A DNA stretch of 64,000 bases from an uncultured Victivallis sp. (lineage in GTDB: Bacteria > Verrucomicrobiota > Lentisphaeria > Victivallales > Victivallaceae). The notes under the pieces were generated by a model. It saw only the letters and a list, made by a program, of their open reading frames with translations. It was not told the DNA's origin and searched no databases. Made by a program: the position numbers and the translations under genes. Where the stretch lies: NCBI RefSeq assembly GCF_944389935.1, contig NZ_CALXOE010000010.1; one strand, given 5' to 3'. Below are positions 45,707 through 55,683 of this stretch, piece by piece; within the stretch, counting starts at the first letter, position 1; each line of letters begins with the position of its first letter.

Positions 45707-46272
45707 GATTTCGCTTCCTTGATAAAAAGTTGAATTTTTTCTGCTGATTTGATTCCGGGGGAGAGCTCGACACCGCCGGCGACATCGACGCCCCACGGAT
45801 TGACCTGCCGGACCGCTTCGGCGACATTCCCGGGAGAAAGTCCCCCGGCAAGCAGGATCTCGTACCGTTCCGCCGCGCGCGCCGCGAGACGCCAGTCGCA
45901 GCATTGCCCCGAGCCGCCGCGCTCGGAGTCGACGACAAAATGTCCGACCCGGTATCGGGCGAACTCCGCGGGCGCCGCCGAAGCCGGAAGCGCTTTCCAG
46001 CTCCGTTCGCCATCTGCGAGATCCGGCGGTTCATGACCATGAAACTGAATGATATCGAACAACTTCCGAATTTCTGAGAGCTCATCTTCCGTCGGGTCGG
46101 CGACCACGGCAACGCTTTTGACTTCCGCAGGCAGATCCGCAACGAGTGCGCGACGCCGTTCCGGCGGCACAAACCGCTTCGATTCCGGAACGAGCACGAA
46201 CCCGAGGTAGTCCGCTCCGGCGGCGACGGCGGATTCGACATCTTCGCGGCGGGTCAGCCCGCAAATCTTCAC
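45703..46272 (-). CDS. trpF: Phosphoribosylanthranilate isomerase
   Basis: [25 protein letters not shown]; GTG start overlapping trpC stop. Confidence 0.95.
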   Translation of the reverse strand: MKICGLTRREDVESAVAAGADYLGFVLVPESKRFVPPERRRALVADLPAEVKSVAVVADPTEDELSEIRKLFDIIQFHGHEPPDLADGERSWKALPASAAPAEFARYRVGHFVVDSERGGSGQCCDWRLAARAAERYEILLAGGLSPGNVAEAVRQVNPWGVDVAGGVELSPGIKSAEKIQLFIKEAKS

Positions 46273-47048
46273 TTTGACAGGAGTTCGCACAGTTTCTCCC
46301 CCGGATGTTCGGCGCGCATCAGAGTTTCACCAATCAGAAACGCCTTTGCACCAAGTTGTTGCAATTTCTGTAAATCCGCCGCGCAACGGATCGCGCTCTC
46401 GGCGACGGCAATTTTCCCCGCCGGAATCCGTCCGATCAGCGCACCCGCAAGATCGAGACTCGTCTCGAACGTCGAGAGGTTGCGGGCATTCACTCCGACG
46501 ATCGTCGCCCCATTTTCAAGCAGCATCGCAAGTTCCTCTTCCGTATGGGCCTCGCAGAGGACATCGAGTCCGAGCGAATGCGCAAATGCGTGCAGCCGCC
46601 GGAATTCCGGGGCGGAGAGCATCGCCGCGATCAGCAAAACAGCGTCAGCACCAGAGGCCCGCGCCTCGAGAATCTGATACTCGTCATAGATGAACTCCTT
46701 GCGCAGCAATGGAATGCGAACGCACGCACGCGCCCGTTCCAGATTTTCGAGCGATCCGGAGAAAAAGTTGCGCTCGGTCAGCACGGAGAGCGCCGCCGCT
46801 CCGGCAGCTTCCAGTTCCGGCGCGAGCGTCTCAATGTCGAGATGGGGGCGGATCACCCCTTTCGAGGGAGAGGCGCTTTTGAGTTCCGCAATCACCCGCG
46901 CGCCGGGCTGCCGCAATGCCGCCTCAAATCCGAGCGTCGCCGGGAGCGTTTCGATCCGCATTTCGAGCCGGGAGGCAGGAATGCGTTTCTTCTTATCCGC
47001 CAGATCAATGCGGCTCTTCGCAACAATGGTTTCAAGCACCCGCTCCAT
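46269..47048 (-). CDS. trpC: Indole-3-glycerol phosphate synthase
   Basis: IAELKSASPSKG, SVLTE, LRKEFI, GVNARNL, LIGETLM; start ATG 47048. Confidence 0.96.
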   Translation of the reverse strand: MERVLETIVAKSRIDLADKKKRIPASRLEMRIETLPATLGFEAALRQPGARVIAELKSASPSKGVIRPHLDIETLAPELEAAGAAALSVLTERNFFSGSLENLERARACVRIPLLRKEFIYDEYQILEARASGADAVLLIAAMLSAPEFRRLHAFAHSLGLDVLCEAHTEEELAMLLENGATIVGVNARNLSTFETSLDLAGALIGRIPAGKIAVAESAIRCAADLQKLQQLGAKAFLIGETLMRAEHPGEKLCELLSK

Positions 47049-48054
47049 GGCTCGCCTCAATGAGTTGTTCGAGTTTCCGCAATGCCGCACCGGAGTCGAT
47101 CGAGCGTCCAGCCAGAGCAATGCCATCTTTCAGAGTCGGAGCCGCGCCGGCGACGTAAATGGTCGCCCCCGCATTCAGCAGCACGGAGGCGCGCGCTCCC
47201 CCCTGGTTCGTGCCGTCCAGCACCGAGCGGAGGGTCAGGGCGTTTTCCTCCGGCGTGCCGCCGACAATTTCCGCCGGGTCGTAACTCTCTCCGATCAGCA
47301 GTTCCGGCAGAAGTTCGCTCGTGCGGATCTCGCCGTCACGCAGTTCAGAAACGCGGGTCGGCCCGCAGCAGCTGATTTCGTCGATTCCCTCCATGCCGTG
47401 CACGACCAGCGCGTGACGGACACCGAGTTCCAGCAGCGCCGAGGCGAAGAGTTCCGTCAATTCCGGAGCATAGACTCCGAGCACAATCGCTTTCGCCCCG
47501 GCCGGATTGCACAGGGGGCCAAGCATGTTGAACACCGTGCGAATCCGCAATTCACGCCGGATCACCGCCACATTCGCGAGAACCGGATGAAGCTTTGCCG
47601 CGTAGAGAAATCCGATTCCGTTTTCGACGATCGCCTGTTCGATGACCGGAATCGGCGCGTCGAGGTTGTAGCCGAGCGCCGCAAGCACATCGGCCGAACC
47701 GCAGCGGCTCGAAGCGGCGCGATTGCCGTGTTTGGCGACCGTCACTCCCGCTCCGGCAGCGACGAACGCGCTCGTGGTTGAAATGTTGAAACTGTTCGAG
47801 CCGTCACCGCCCGTGCCAACTACGTCGACGACCTCCCGCTGCCCGCAATCGATGAACGCCGCCGAGCGCCGCAGCATGCGGGCCGCCCCGACCAGTTCGG
47901 AGCAGGAGACCCCTTTCATGCGCAATGCCGCGAGAAACGCGCCGATCTGCGAATGCGATACCTCACCGCCCGTGACGATCCGCAGCGCCGCCTCCATTTC
48001 AGATGGAGTTAAATCTTTTCGCTGAAAGAGTTTATCAAGATATCGAGATAACAT
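47032..48054 (-). CDS. trpD: Anthranilate phosphoribosyltransferase
   Basis: DVVGTGGDG, FNISTT, KHGNR..SS..GSAD, RTVFNMLGPL.NP. Confidence 0.97.
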   Translation of the reverse strand: MLSRYLDKLFQRKDLTPSEMEAALRIVTGGEVSHSQIGAFLAALRMKGVSCSELVGAARMLRRSAAFIDCGQREVVDVVGTGGDGSNSFNISTTSAFVAAGAGVTVAKHGNRAASSRCGSADVLAALGYNLDAPIPVIEQAIVENGIGFLYAAKLHPVLANVAVIRRELRIRTVFNMLGPLCNPAGAKAIVLGVYAPELTELFASALLELGVRHALVVHGMEGIDEISCCGPTRVSELRDGEIRTSELLPELLIGESYDPAEIVGGTPEENALTLRSVLDGTNQGGARASVLLNAGATIYVAGAAPTLKDGIALAGRSIDSGAALRKLEQLIEASHGAGA

Positions 48055-48057
48055 TTC

Positions 48058-48651
48058 TCACCTCCTGCCGCGCCGGTATCCGGCCGCAAGTTCAAGAAAA
48101 TTCGCGAGCTGCCGTTTGCCGGTCGTCGTCAAAATCGACTCGGGATGGTATTGAATTCCCTCCACCGGCAACGTCCGATGGCGAATACCCATGACCTCGC
48201 CATCCTCGCTGCGCGCCGTGATCTCGAGTTCCGGCGGGAGCGTATCCGCGTCCAGTGCGAGAGAGTGGTATCGAACCACTTTCACCACCGCCGGAAGATT
48301 CTTGAACAACCCCTTCCCGTCATGCGTGATCTCGGAGATTTTTCCGTGCATGATGCTTTTGGCATTCCCGAGTTTCATGCCGAACGCCTCGCCGATCGCC
48401 TGATGTCCGAGGCAGACGCCGAGCAGCGGGATTCCCGCCTCGACCGCCTGCGGAATCAACTCCGGCATGATCCCGGCCGCCTCAGGTCTGCCCGGGCCGG
48501 GCGAGAGAACGATCGCTTCCGGGCGCATCGCAAGCGCCTCGGCCGGAGTGAGCGCATTGTTGCGGCGCACCTCGACCTCCGCGCCGAGCTGCTGGAAATA
48601 CTGCACGAGATTGTACGTGAACGAATCGAAATTATCAATCATCAGAATCAT
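48058..48651 (-). CDS. trpG: Anthranilate synthase component II (glutamine amidotransferase)
   Basis: IDNFDSFTYNL, SPGPG, GVCLGHQ, RYHSL, QYHPES; start ATG 48651. Confidence 0.96.
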   Translation of the reverse strand: MILMIDNFDSFTYNLVQYFQQLGAEVEVRRNNALTPAEALAMRPEAIVLSPGPGRPEAAGIMPELIPQAVEAGIPLLGVCLGHQAIGEAFGMKLGNAKSIMHGKISEITHDGKGLFKNLPAVVKVVRYHSLALDADTLPPELEITARSEDGEVMGIRHRTLPVEGIQYHPESILTTTGKRQLANFLELAAGYRRGRR

Positions 48652-48671
48652 GATGTCACCTTTCCTTCCTG

Positions 48672-50141
48672 TCAAAGTTCGAGGTTCGCGGCTGCGAGCC
48701 GGATCGATTTCAGCATGGCGGCAGCCTTGTTGCAGGTCTCCTGATATTCCGTGGCGGGATCGGAGTCGAAGACGATTCCCGCTCCGGCCTGAATCTCCAT
48801 CCTGCCGCCGTCCAGGATGATCGTGCGGATCGTAATCGCCAGATCCATGTTCCCGGTATAACTGAAGTAACCGACCGCCCCGCCATAGAGCCCGCGGGGA
48901 GCCGGTTCGAGGTCGCGGATGATCTCCATCGCCCGGATCTTCGGCGCACCGGAGAGCGTCCCGGCCGGGAATGCCGAGCGTACGAGATCAAATGCGTCGC
49001 AGCCGTCCTGCAGCAGCGCCTCGACCGTCGTCACCAGGTGCATCACGTGCGAATAGCGCTCGACCGTCATGAAGTCCTTGACCTGAACGCTGCCCGGGAG
49101 CGCGACCCGGCCGAGATCGTTGCGGGCGAGATCGACCAGCATCAGATGTTCGGCACGCTCTTTTTCGTCACGCAACAGCTCGTCCGAGAGCGCCATATCC
49201 TCCTCCCGGTTCCGACCGCGCGGCCGGGTTCCGGCGATCGGACGCAGAATCGCATTGCCGTTGTCGAGTTTGCAGAGCGTCTCCGGCGAGGAGCCGATCA
49301 GAATTCTCCCCCCGATCTTCAAATAAAATGTGTACGGCGAGGGATTCACCATCCGCAGCGCCCGGTAGAGCTGGAGCGGCGGGATGGTATTCTCCGCCGT
49401 AAATTTCTGTGAAAGAACAACCTGGATGATGTCGCCATCGTAAATGTGTTTGCGCGCTTTCCTCACCATCTCCATATACGCCTCGCGCCCGCAGTTCGAG
49501 ACGAGCTCCGGCGCCTCCGCGCAGGTCGAACGGCGGATGACCGGCGGCTGACGCAACCGTTCCGCCAATGCGGAGATCCGGGCCGCCGCGTGATCGTAGG
49601 CGTCCCGGAGCGTTTTGAACTCATCCGGGCGTACACAGACGCAGAGCATCATCGTATGCTTCACGTTGTCGAAAAGGATCGTTTCATCCGTGATGAGCAT
49701 CGCACTGGTCGGACCGGTAAGCCCCGGCTTCGGTTCAGGCAGGGTCTCGAACTCCCGCACCGTCTCGTAGCCGAGATATCCGACCGCGCCGCCGAACAGC
49801 GGCGGAAGTCCCGGCACCGTCGCGGGGCGAATTCCCCGCAGCACGCCGCGCAACGCCATAAACGGACCGTCCGGCATCTCCAGTTTCCGGCGTCCCGATG
49901 CGTCCTCCAGGTACGCCTGTCCGTTCTCCACGGTAAAAACGCCGCGCGGATTCAATCCGAGAAACGAGTAACGGCCGAACCGTTCCCCCGCCTCGACACT
50001 CTCGAGCAGAAAGACGTTTTCATCATCCGCAAGGCGGGCGAGCACCGACACCGGCGTCTCCAGATCCGCAATGAGCGTCTCCACCACCGGAATGAGGTTC
50101 GCACCTTTCGCCAACTCCTTGAATTCCTCAAATTTCAACAT
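48672..50141 (-). CDS. trpE: Anthranilate synthase component I
   Basis: FLLESVE, NPSPY, SSPE, PIAGT, EHLMLVDLARND, PAGTLSGAPK. Confidence 0.97.
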   Translation of the reverse strand: MLKFEEFKELAKGANLIPVVETLIADLETPVSVLARLADDENVFLLESVEAGERFGRYSFLGLNPRGVFTVENGQAYLEDASGRRKLEMPDGPFMALRGVLRGIRPATVPGLPPLFGGAVGYLGYETVREFETLPEPKPGLTGPTSAMLITDETILFDNVKHTMMLCVCVRPDEFKTLRDAYDHAAARISALAERLRQPPVIRRSTCAEAPELVSNCGREAYMEMVRKARKHIYDGDIIQVVLSQKFTAENTIPPLQLYRALRMVNPSPYTFYLKIGGRILIGSSPETLCKLDNGNAILRPIAGTRPRGRNREEDMALSDELLRDEKERAEHLMLVDLARNDLGRVALPGSVQVKDFMTVERYSHVMHLVTTVEALLQDGCDAFDLVRSAFPAGTLSGAPKIRAMEIIRDLEPAPRGLYGGAVGYFSYTGNMDLAITIRTIILDGGRMEIQAGAGIVFDSDPATEYQETCNKAAAMLKSIRLAAANLEL

Positions 50142-50185
50142 TTCGGATTCCTCTTTTTATCTCTGAATTTCTGAAATTTCGACAC

Positions 50186-50224
50186 AAAAAAAGCGGGCCC
50201 GTAATCCTAATCGATCGGACCCGC
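50186..50224 (-). terminator. trp attenuator terminator
   Basis: Minus strand GCGGGUCCG / CGGGCCCGC stem followed by U7, upstream of trpE. Confidence 0.85.
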
Positions 50225-50298
50225 CATCACCGGAACAGTTCGTCAAAACGCCGGAAGATATGCTATTTCAAAATCTGCTTCATCCTGACACTCCGGCT

Positions 50299-50382
50299 TC
50301 AACGCACGCAAAGAACAGCCATGGCGGGCTCACGCCACTGCCATCGCCAACCTTTGACAAGCTTGTATGCCGGATGATTCAA
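50299..50382 (-). CDS. trpL: trp operon leader peptide (27 aa, TTG start): MNHPAYKLVKGWRWQWREPAMAVLCVR
   Basis: AGAGG RBS 7 nt before TTG; three TGG codons in W-R-W-Q-W; absent from the ORF track. Confidence 0.85.
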   Translation of the reverse strand: MNHPAYKLVKGWRWQWREPAMAVLCVR

Positions 50383-50736
50383 GATAAAACCTCTGTTTTT
50401 GATTTCAACGTTTAAATATGGCATAAAAAAACCAAAATGCAAATCGAAATCAAACTTTTTTTTCAATTTTTTCGTTCCAACCGGTAACGACCCGGAGAAC
50501 GGCCGTAAAGCTCGCGAAACCGGCGGATGAAATAGACCTCACTCGAAAACCCGCAATGCAGCGCGACCGCTGCGGACGCGGCGAAATCCTGCTCGCAAGG
50601 TTCTCCGAACAGGATGTCGAAGCGGGAGAATTCATCACGCCCGGCAGCTTCCTGCGCAGCATCGTCAGCGCTTTCCCCGTGAAAAAGTAGAAGAAAAAAC
50701 GGTCTCGGGCAGGAAATCCGAACAATTCGGGGTTAT

Positions 50737-50748
50737 ATTGTATACAAT
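50737..50748. promoter_or_regulatory. Perfect palindrome ATTGTATACAAT upstream of the MATE gene (candidate operator)
   Basis: 12 bp self-complementary sequence overlapping TATATT/TACAAT -10-like hexamers. Confidence 0.4.
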
Positions 50749-50797
50749 CACCCGGGAACGGTCTCCTGCGTGATTGTATTTTTTTCAGGAGATTTCC

Positions 50798-52180
50798 ATG
50801 CGATCACAAACCGAAAAACTCGGCACGGATCCGGTCATGCCGCTGCTGCTTCGCCTCGCCCTGCCCTCGATGGCCGGACTCATCATCGGAAACTTGTACG
50901 TCATCGTCGACCGCATGTTCGTCGGCAACTATGTCGGGGCAACCGGTCTGGCGGCGATGAATGCGGCCATGCCGATCTCGATGATCATCTTCGCGATTTC
51001 GATCCTGATCGGCCGCGGGACAGCCGTGCTCTACTCGATCGAACTCGGCAAGAAAAATTACGAGGAAGCTCAGAAGTTCTTCGGCATGTCGATGCTGATC
51101 TATCTCGTTGCATCCGCTGTCATCACCACGGCGGGACTGCTCTTTCTCGACCCGCTGCTGCATCTGTTCGGGATTCCGCCTGAAGCGCTGCCTTACGGAC
51201 GCAGCTATCTCTCCGTCTCGCTCTACGGCACGATCTTCGTGATGCTCGGATTCCAGAACAACCTGATCCGCGGCGAAGGCTACTCGGGGCTCGCGATGTG
51301 GACGCAGGTGATCGGCGCGGTGATGAACGTCGGGCTCGACTGGCTCTTCGTGGCGGTATTCTCATGGGGCATGGCCGGCGCGGCCTGGGCGACCGTCATC
51401 GCGCAGGGAGCCTCGGCGCTCTGGGTCATGTGCTTCTTCCGATCGCACCGGAGCATCTCGAAACTCGACTTCCGGACGTTCCGTTTCTACGGGAAAGAGT
51501 ATCTCTGGAGAATCCTCTACAACGGCTGTTCGCCGTTCGCGATCAACGTCGCGGGCAGCGTCATCTGGACCGTTCAGAACCACATGCTGCTCAAACACGG
51601 CAGTCTGCTGGCGATGTCCGCTTTCGGGGTGATTCTGACCGTGAACCAGTTGCTCATGGGTCTTGTGTTCGGAGTCTGCATGGGCATGCAGCCGCTGGTC
51701 GGATACAACACCGGCGCAAGGAAATTTCATCGCGTGCTCAAAAGTTTCTACTGCTCGATCCTGCTGGCGGCACTCTTTGCCCTGATTCCGTACTTCTGCG
51801 TCCAGATCTTCGCACACCCGATCTTCGCGCTCTTCGTCGGGGCGGATGAAACCGAACTGCTCAACATCGGCGTCTACTCGATGCGCCGGTTCCTGCTGCT
51901 GCTGCCGATCGGATGCGGCAGCATTCTCATTTCGCAATATTTCCAGAGCATCGGCAAAGCGCCGGTCGCGCTTTTCATCGCGATGACCCGGCAGCTGGTC
52001 TTCCAGATTCCGCTGATTCTGCTGCTGCCTCTCATCTGGGGATATGACGGAGTGCTTTTCTCGGGGCCGCTCGGGGACGCGATCGCTTTCATCCTCGCGT
52101 TCTTCATCATGAGGCGGGAAATTGTGAAACTCAAAAAACAAGAGCGTGTCGAAGACGCCGCGGAACAGGCCGCCGCCTGA
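50798..52180 (+). CDS. MATE-family efflux transporter (MepA-like)
   Basis: LALPSMAG, LYVIVDRMFVG, NVGLDWLF, GMAGAAWATVIAQ; ~12 hydrophobic segments; start ATG 50798. Confidence 0.93.
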   Translation: MRSQTEKLGTDPVMPLLLRLALPSMAGLIIGNLYVIVDRMFVGNYVGATGLAAMNAAMPISMIIFAISILIGRGTAVLYSIELGKKNYEEAQKFFGMSMLIYLVASAVITTAGLLFLDPLLHLFGIPPEALPYGRSYLSVSLYGTIFVMLGFQNNLIRGEGYSGLAMWTQVIGAVMNVGLDWLFVAVFSWGMAGAAWATVIAQGASALWVMCFFRSHRSISKLDFRTFRFYGKEYLWRILYNGCSPFAINVAGSVIWTVQNHMLLKHGSLLAMSAFGVILTVNQLLMGLVFGVCMGMQPLVGYNTGARKFHRVLKSFYCSILLAALFALIPYFCVQIFAHPIFALFVGADETELLNIGVYSMRRFLLLLPIGCGSILISQYFQSIGKAPVALFIAMTRQLVFQIPLILLLPLIWGYDGVLFSGPLGDAIAFILAFFIMRREIVKLKKQERVEDAAEQAAA

Positions 52181-52185
52181 AAACA

Positions 52186-52222
52186 CCGGGGAGGCACTTC
52201 CATTCCGAACGCTCCTCCCCGG
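52186..52222. terminator. Possible hairpin between convergent genes
   Basis: CCGGGGAGG / CCTCCCCGG with long loop and no clear U-tract. Confidence 0.35.
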
Positions 52223-52274
52223 CTCTCGACTTCGGCGGAAGTCCCGGCGCAACGGTCGCGGATGCCGACCGACG

Positions 52275-53126
52275 TCACCCGCGACTGGTGGAGACCGTAT
52301 AGCGGACCGAGATTCCGGCAGGCAGTTCGCGGCCGGTCGATTCCGGAATCGTCATCTCAAACGAGTCGAACTCCCCTCCCCGGCCGCACGCCTCCACGAG
52401 CAGCCGCTCGAGCACGAGACAGGAGAATCCCGGCGAGTGGCACGAAAGAATCACCGTGAACGGACGCCCCGGTTCGCGCAGCTGATTGCAGACGTTCAGC
52501 AGTTTCGGCAGATCCTCCTCGATCTTCCAGACCTGACCGCTCGAACCGCGCCCGAATGTCGGCGGATCAAGTGCAATCAGGTTATAACGGCTGCCGCGCC
52601 GCAACTCGCGCTGCGTGAATTTATTCACGTCATCCGCAATCCAGCGGATCGCAGGGGGAATTTGCGGATTGAGCGTCAGATTCTCCTTCCCCCACTCGAT
52701 CATGCCGCGGGAAGCGTCGAGATGGCAGACCGACGCCCCGGTCGAAGCCATCGCCATCGAACCGACCCCGGAGTAACCGAAAAGATTCAACGCCTTTGCC
52801 CCCTCCCTCAGTCCGGAAGCCGGAGAGCGGAAAAAATCCCAGTTGCGGAACTGCTCCGCAAAAAAACCGAGGTGCCCGAACCCGGTCGGTTTGATCTTCA
52901 GCGCAAAGCCGCCCCATTCCGCAACCCACGATTCCGGCAGTTTCCGCCGGAAACTCCAGTGGCCGCCGCCGGAACTGTCCCGGGTGAACACCGCATCGCC
53001 GGCTTCCCATTCGCGGTGAGGCAGGCCGGGCCGCCAGAACGCATTCAGAGCCGGCCGCACAAGCCGGAACTCGCCGACCTGTTCGAGTTTCTGCAAATTC
53101 CCGCTGTCGAGCAATTCGTACTTCAT
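52275..53126 (-). CDS. Class I SAM-dependent methyltransferase (RlmI/RlmK-like)
   Basis: YELLDSG..QKLEQVG, HLGFFAEQ, LNLFGYSG, LDPPTFG. Confidence 0.85.
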   Translation of the reverse strand: MKYELLDSGNLQKLEQVGEFRLVRPALNAFWRPGLPHREWEAGDAVFTRDSSGGGHWSFRRKLPESWVAEWGGFALKIKPTGFGHLGFFAEQFRNWDFFRSPASGLREGAKALNLFGYSGVGSMAMASTGASVCHLDASRGMIEWGKENLTLNPQIPPAIRWIADDVNKFTQRELRRGSRYNLIALDPPTFGRGSSGQVWKIEEDLPKLLNVCNQLREPGRPFTVILSCHSPGFSCLVLERLLVEACGRGGEFDSFEMTIPESTGRELPAGISVRYTVSTSRG

Positions 53127-54310
53127 TTTTCCTCCGCGCGGTAAACGATCTGTCCGTTGCAGACGGTCAGCAGAGGCCGGTTGGTGCGGCGCTCGTAAAT
53201 CGCCAGATCAGCACGGTGAGTCGGCATGAGAGTCCCGCGATCATCCAGGTGGAACGCATTCGCCGGATTGCAGGTCACCGCGGATGCCGCCTGAAGTTCC
53301 GTCAGGTGGCCGCCGTTCATCAAGCTGTGCCAGCCGGTATCGAGCATCGTGGTGGTCCCGGCCAGAATTCCCTGCTCCGTCTGCGAGTAGCCGTCCCGGA
53401 CGCGGATCATCGACGGACCGATCCGATATTCGCCGTTCGGCATCCCGGCCGCCATCGTGCAGTCGCTGATGCCGACGAGTTTCGACGAGGTTTTGCACCG
53501 GCGCGCCAGATCCACCATCCGCGGGTTGATGTGACGCCCGTCGATGATGAGTTCAACCGTGACCCGGTCATCCGTCAACGCGATTCCCGGCAACCCCATC
53601 GCCCGCTGATGCAGCGGCGGCATTCCGTTGAACAAATGGGTGCAGTGCGATGCTCCCGCATCGATCGCCCGCAGAGTCTGTTCCTCGTTCGCGATGCTGT
53701 GACCCATCGACGGCTTCACGCCGTATTCCAGCAGCAGCTCCACAAGTTCAGTCGCATGTTCGAGCTCCGGCGCGAATGTCATGACTTTCACGAGCCCGTT
53801 CCCCGCTTCGATGAGTTCGCGGGCAAACCCGAGATCGACCGGCACGATCGACTCCTCTTCCTGCGCTCCGCGTTTGGCCGGGTTGATGAACGGCCCCTCC
53901 AGATTGATCCCGGCCGCATCCGCTCCGGGGAGCTCCCGCTCCATCACCGCGGCCAGTCGGCGCAGATTCGTCAGCATAACCTCGCGCGGTGCCGCAACCA
54001 CCGTCGGAAAAAACGAAGTGACCCCCCGTTCCGCCAGCAGCCGGCTCATCGATTCGATCGGCTGCGGCGAAAGATCCACCGAAGAGGCATCGAATCCCCC
54101 CGCCCCGTGAATGTGCGTATCGATGAATCCCGGTGTCAAATAGGCATCCATGAATTCATACACTTCCAATTCCGACTCCATCGAAAACGCGGAAATTCCG
54201 CCGACCGCCAGAATCCGGTCGTTTTCGCACAGAACCGCCCCGTTTTCAATGCGACGCTCCGGAGTAATCAGGTAATCGACATGAAACAGCCTGCGCACCC
54301 GGTTTTTCAT
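53123..54310 (-). CDS. nagA: N-acetylglucosamine-6-phosphate deacetylase
   Basis: PGFIDTHIHG, NLEGPFIN, TFAPE, GHS, HLFNGM, IIDG.H, SD; start set at ATG 54310. Confidence 0.9.
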   Translation of the reverse strand: MKNRVRRLFHVDYLITPERRIENGAVLCENDRILAVGGISAFSMESELEVYEFMDAYLTPGFIDTHIHGAGGFDASSVDLSPQPIESMSRLLAERGVTSFFPTVVAAPREVMLTNLRRLAAVMERELPGADAAGINLEGPFINPAKRGAQEEESIVPVDLGFARELIEAGNGLVKVMTFAPELEHATELVELLLEYGVKPSMGHSIANEEQTLRAIDAGASHCTHLFNGMPPLHQRAMGLPGIALTDDRVTVELIIDGRHINPRMVDLARRCKTSSKLVGISDCTMAAGMPNGEYRIGPSMIRVRDGYSQTEQGILAGTTTMLDTGWHSLMNGGHLTELQAASAVTCNPANAFHLDDRGTLMPTHRADLAIYERRTNRPLLTVCNGQIVYRAEEK

Positions 54311-54351
54311 AGCATCCATCCTCTCATCATTTTCATCCGCGGCGCATCCCG

Positions 54352-55683
54352 TCACGGTTCGCGCATCGATTCGTCGAGCGATTTGATGAGCGGATGAATC
54401 AAATATTCGATGATCCGCCGTTCGCCGACTTTGATCTCAGCCTGACACTCCATACCGGGAATCAGCCGGAAATCTTCCCTCACATTGCGCAGATGCCCGG
54501 AAAGCGTAATGCGTGCACGATAGTAGGTTCTGGCCGATCCCGGTTCCCCCTGCTGTTTTTCAAACGAGTCCTCGGAGATCGTCCGGACCACGCCGTCGAG
54601 CGTTCCATGTTTCTGGAACGGAAATGAATTGAGCTTCACCCGGACCTCCGAACCGATATGAACCTTGCCGATATCCTGCGGCCGGATTTCCGCCTCAAGC
54701 TCGATCTCGCTGTCGAGCGGCACGAGCGTGATGAGCGCCTCCGCCTCCCGCACCGCCGAACCGACCGGAAAACTCGCGATCTCATGCACCATCGCATTGC
54801 ACGGCGCCCGCAGAACGTCGTAGGTCAGCTGCGCCTGACTCTTGTCGTACTGCTTCTGTGTGCTGGTCAGTTCACGCTGCACACTGACCAGCTCCGTCGA
54901 AATGCTGTTGCGCCACTCCTCGATGTAGGAGTTTTTGCTCGCAATCGCGGTCTGTTCCTGATGCTGCTGCTCCACGAGCGAATTCCGCAGATTGATGACC
55001 GACGCCTCCAGCTCCATGCGCTGAATCTGAATTTCGAGCGTCTCTTTCAGCGAAACGGTGTTTTTCTCCTGCAGCTCCGTGAACATGAGTTCGATCCGCT
55101 TGATCGCCTCGAGCTGCTCCTCCTGCTTGGCCAGACTCTCGCTGGTCGTGTGCTGCGACGCCTGAATCTGCTTGATGCTCTGATCGTAATAACGGATCTT
55201 CTCTTCGTAGAACTTCTGGCGCTGATCGTAGATCGCTTTCTGCCAGACCTGATCCTCATTCTGCGGATCGGAGACCTCGTACTTCAGATGCTTGAACTCC
55301 GCCAGCAGCCGGTCGACCTGCGCCCCGAGCGTGGAGAGTTCCGAGGCGAGGCGCTCGGCTTCCGCGACGTTCATGACCGGGTCGAACGTGAACAGAATCT
55401 GGTCTTTCTTGACCACTTCGCCCACTTTCACATCGATGCTTTTAATGACGGTCCGCTCCAGCGGCTTCATCACAATGTTCGGACTGTCCGTCACGAGTTT
55501 GCCCTCGGCGGTGACGACCATGTCGACCTTTCCGAACGTCGCCCAGATGACCGCCCCGATCATGAAGAGAGCGGCACTCCAGATTCCGTAGCGTGCCCAC
55601 CACGGAAGTCGCTCATGCTTGATCTCCAGAGCATCAGGCTGAAATTCGATCGCCTTGCGGCAGAGTTTTTCATTTTCACTCAT
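54352..55683 (-). CDS. Type I secretion membrane fusion protein (HlyD family)
   Basis: Single N-terminal TM, long coiled coil, QDIGKV, FPFQKHG, PGMECQAEIKVG.R.IIEYL. Confidence 0.95.
   Translation of the reverse strand: MSENEKLCRKAIEFQPDALEIKHERLPWWARYGIWSAALFMIGAVIWATFGKVDMVVTAEGKLVTDSPNIVMKPLERTVIKSIDVKVGEVVKKDQILFTFDPVMNVAEAERLASELSTLGAQVDRLLAEFKHLKYEVSDPQNEDQVWQKAIYDQRQKFYEEKIRYYDQSIKQIQASQHTTSESLAKQEEQLEAIKRIELMFTELQEKNTVSLKETLEIQIQRMELEASVINLRNSLVEQQHQEQTAIASKNSYIEEWRNSISTELVSVQRELTSTQKQYDKSQAQLTYDVLRAPCNAMVHEIASFPVGSAVREAEALITLVPLDSEIELEAEIRPQDIGKVHIGSEVRVKLNSFPFQKHGTLDGVVRTISEDSFEKQQGEPGSARTYYRARITLSGHLRNVREDFRLIPGMECQAEIKVGERRIIEYLIHPLIKSLDESMREP

Noticed and set aside
50556-50690. 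44-codon ORF upstream of the MATE gene
   Set aside because: No convincing RBS, no biased codon run and no recognisable motif.
50450-50725. 91 aa minus-strand ORF in the trp/MATE intergenic region
   Set aside because: No family features or RBS; probably spurious.
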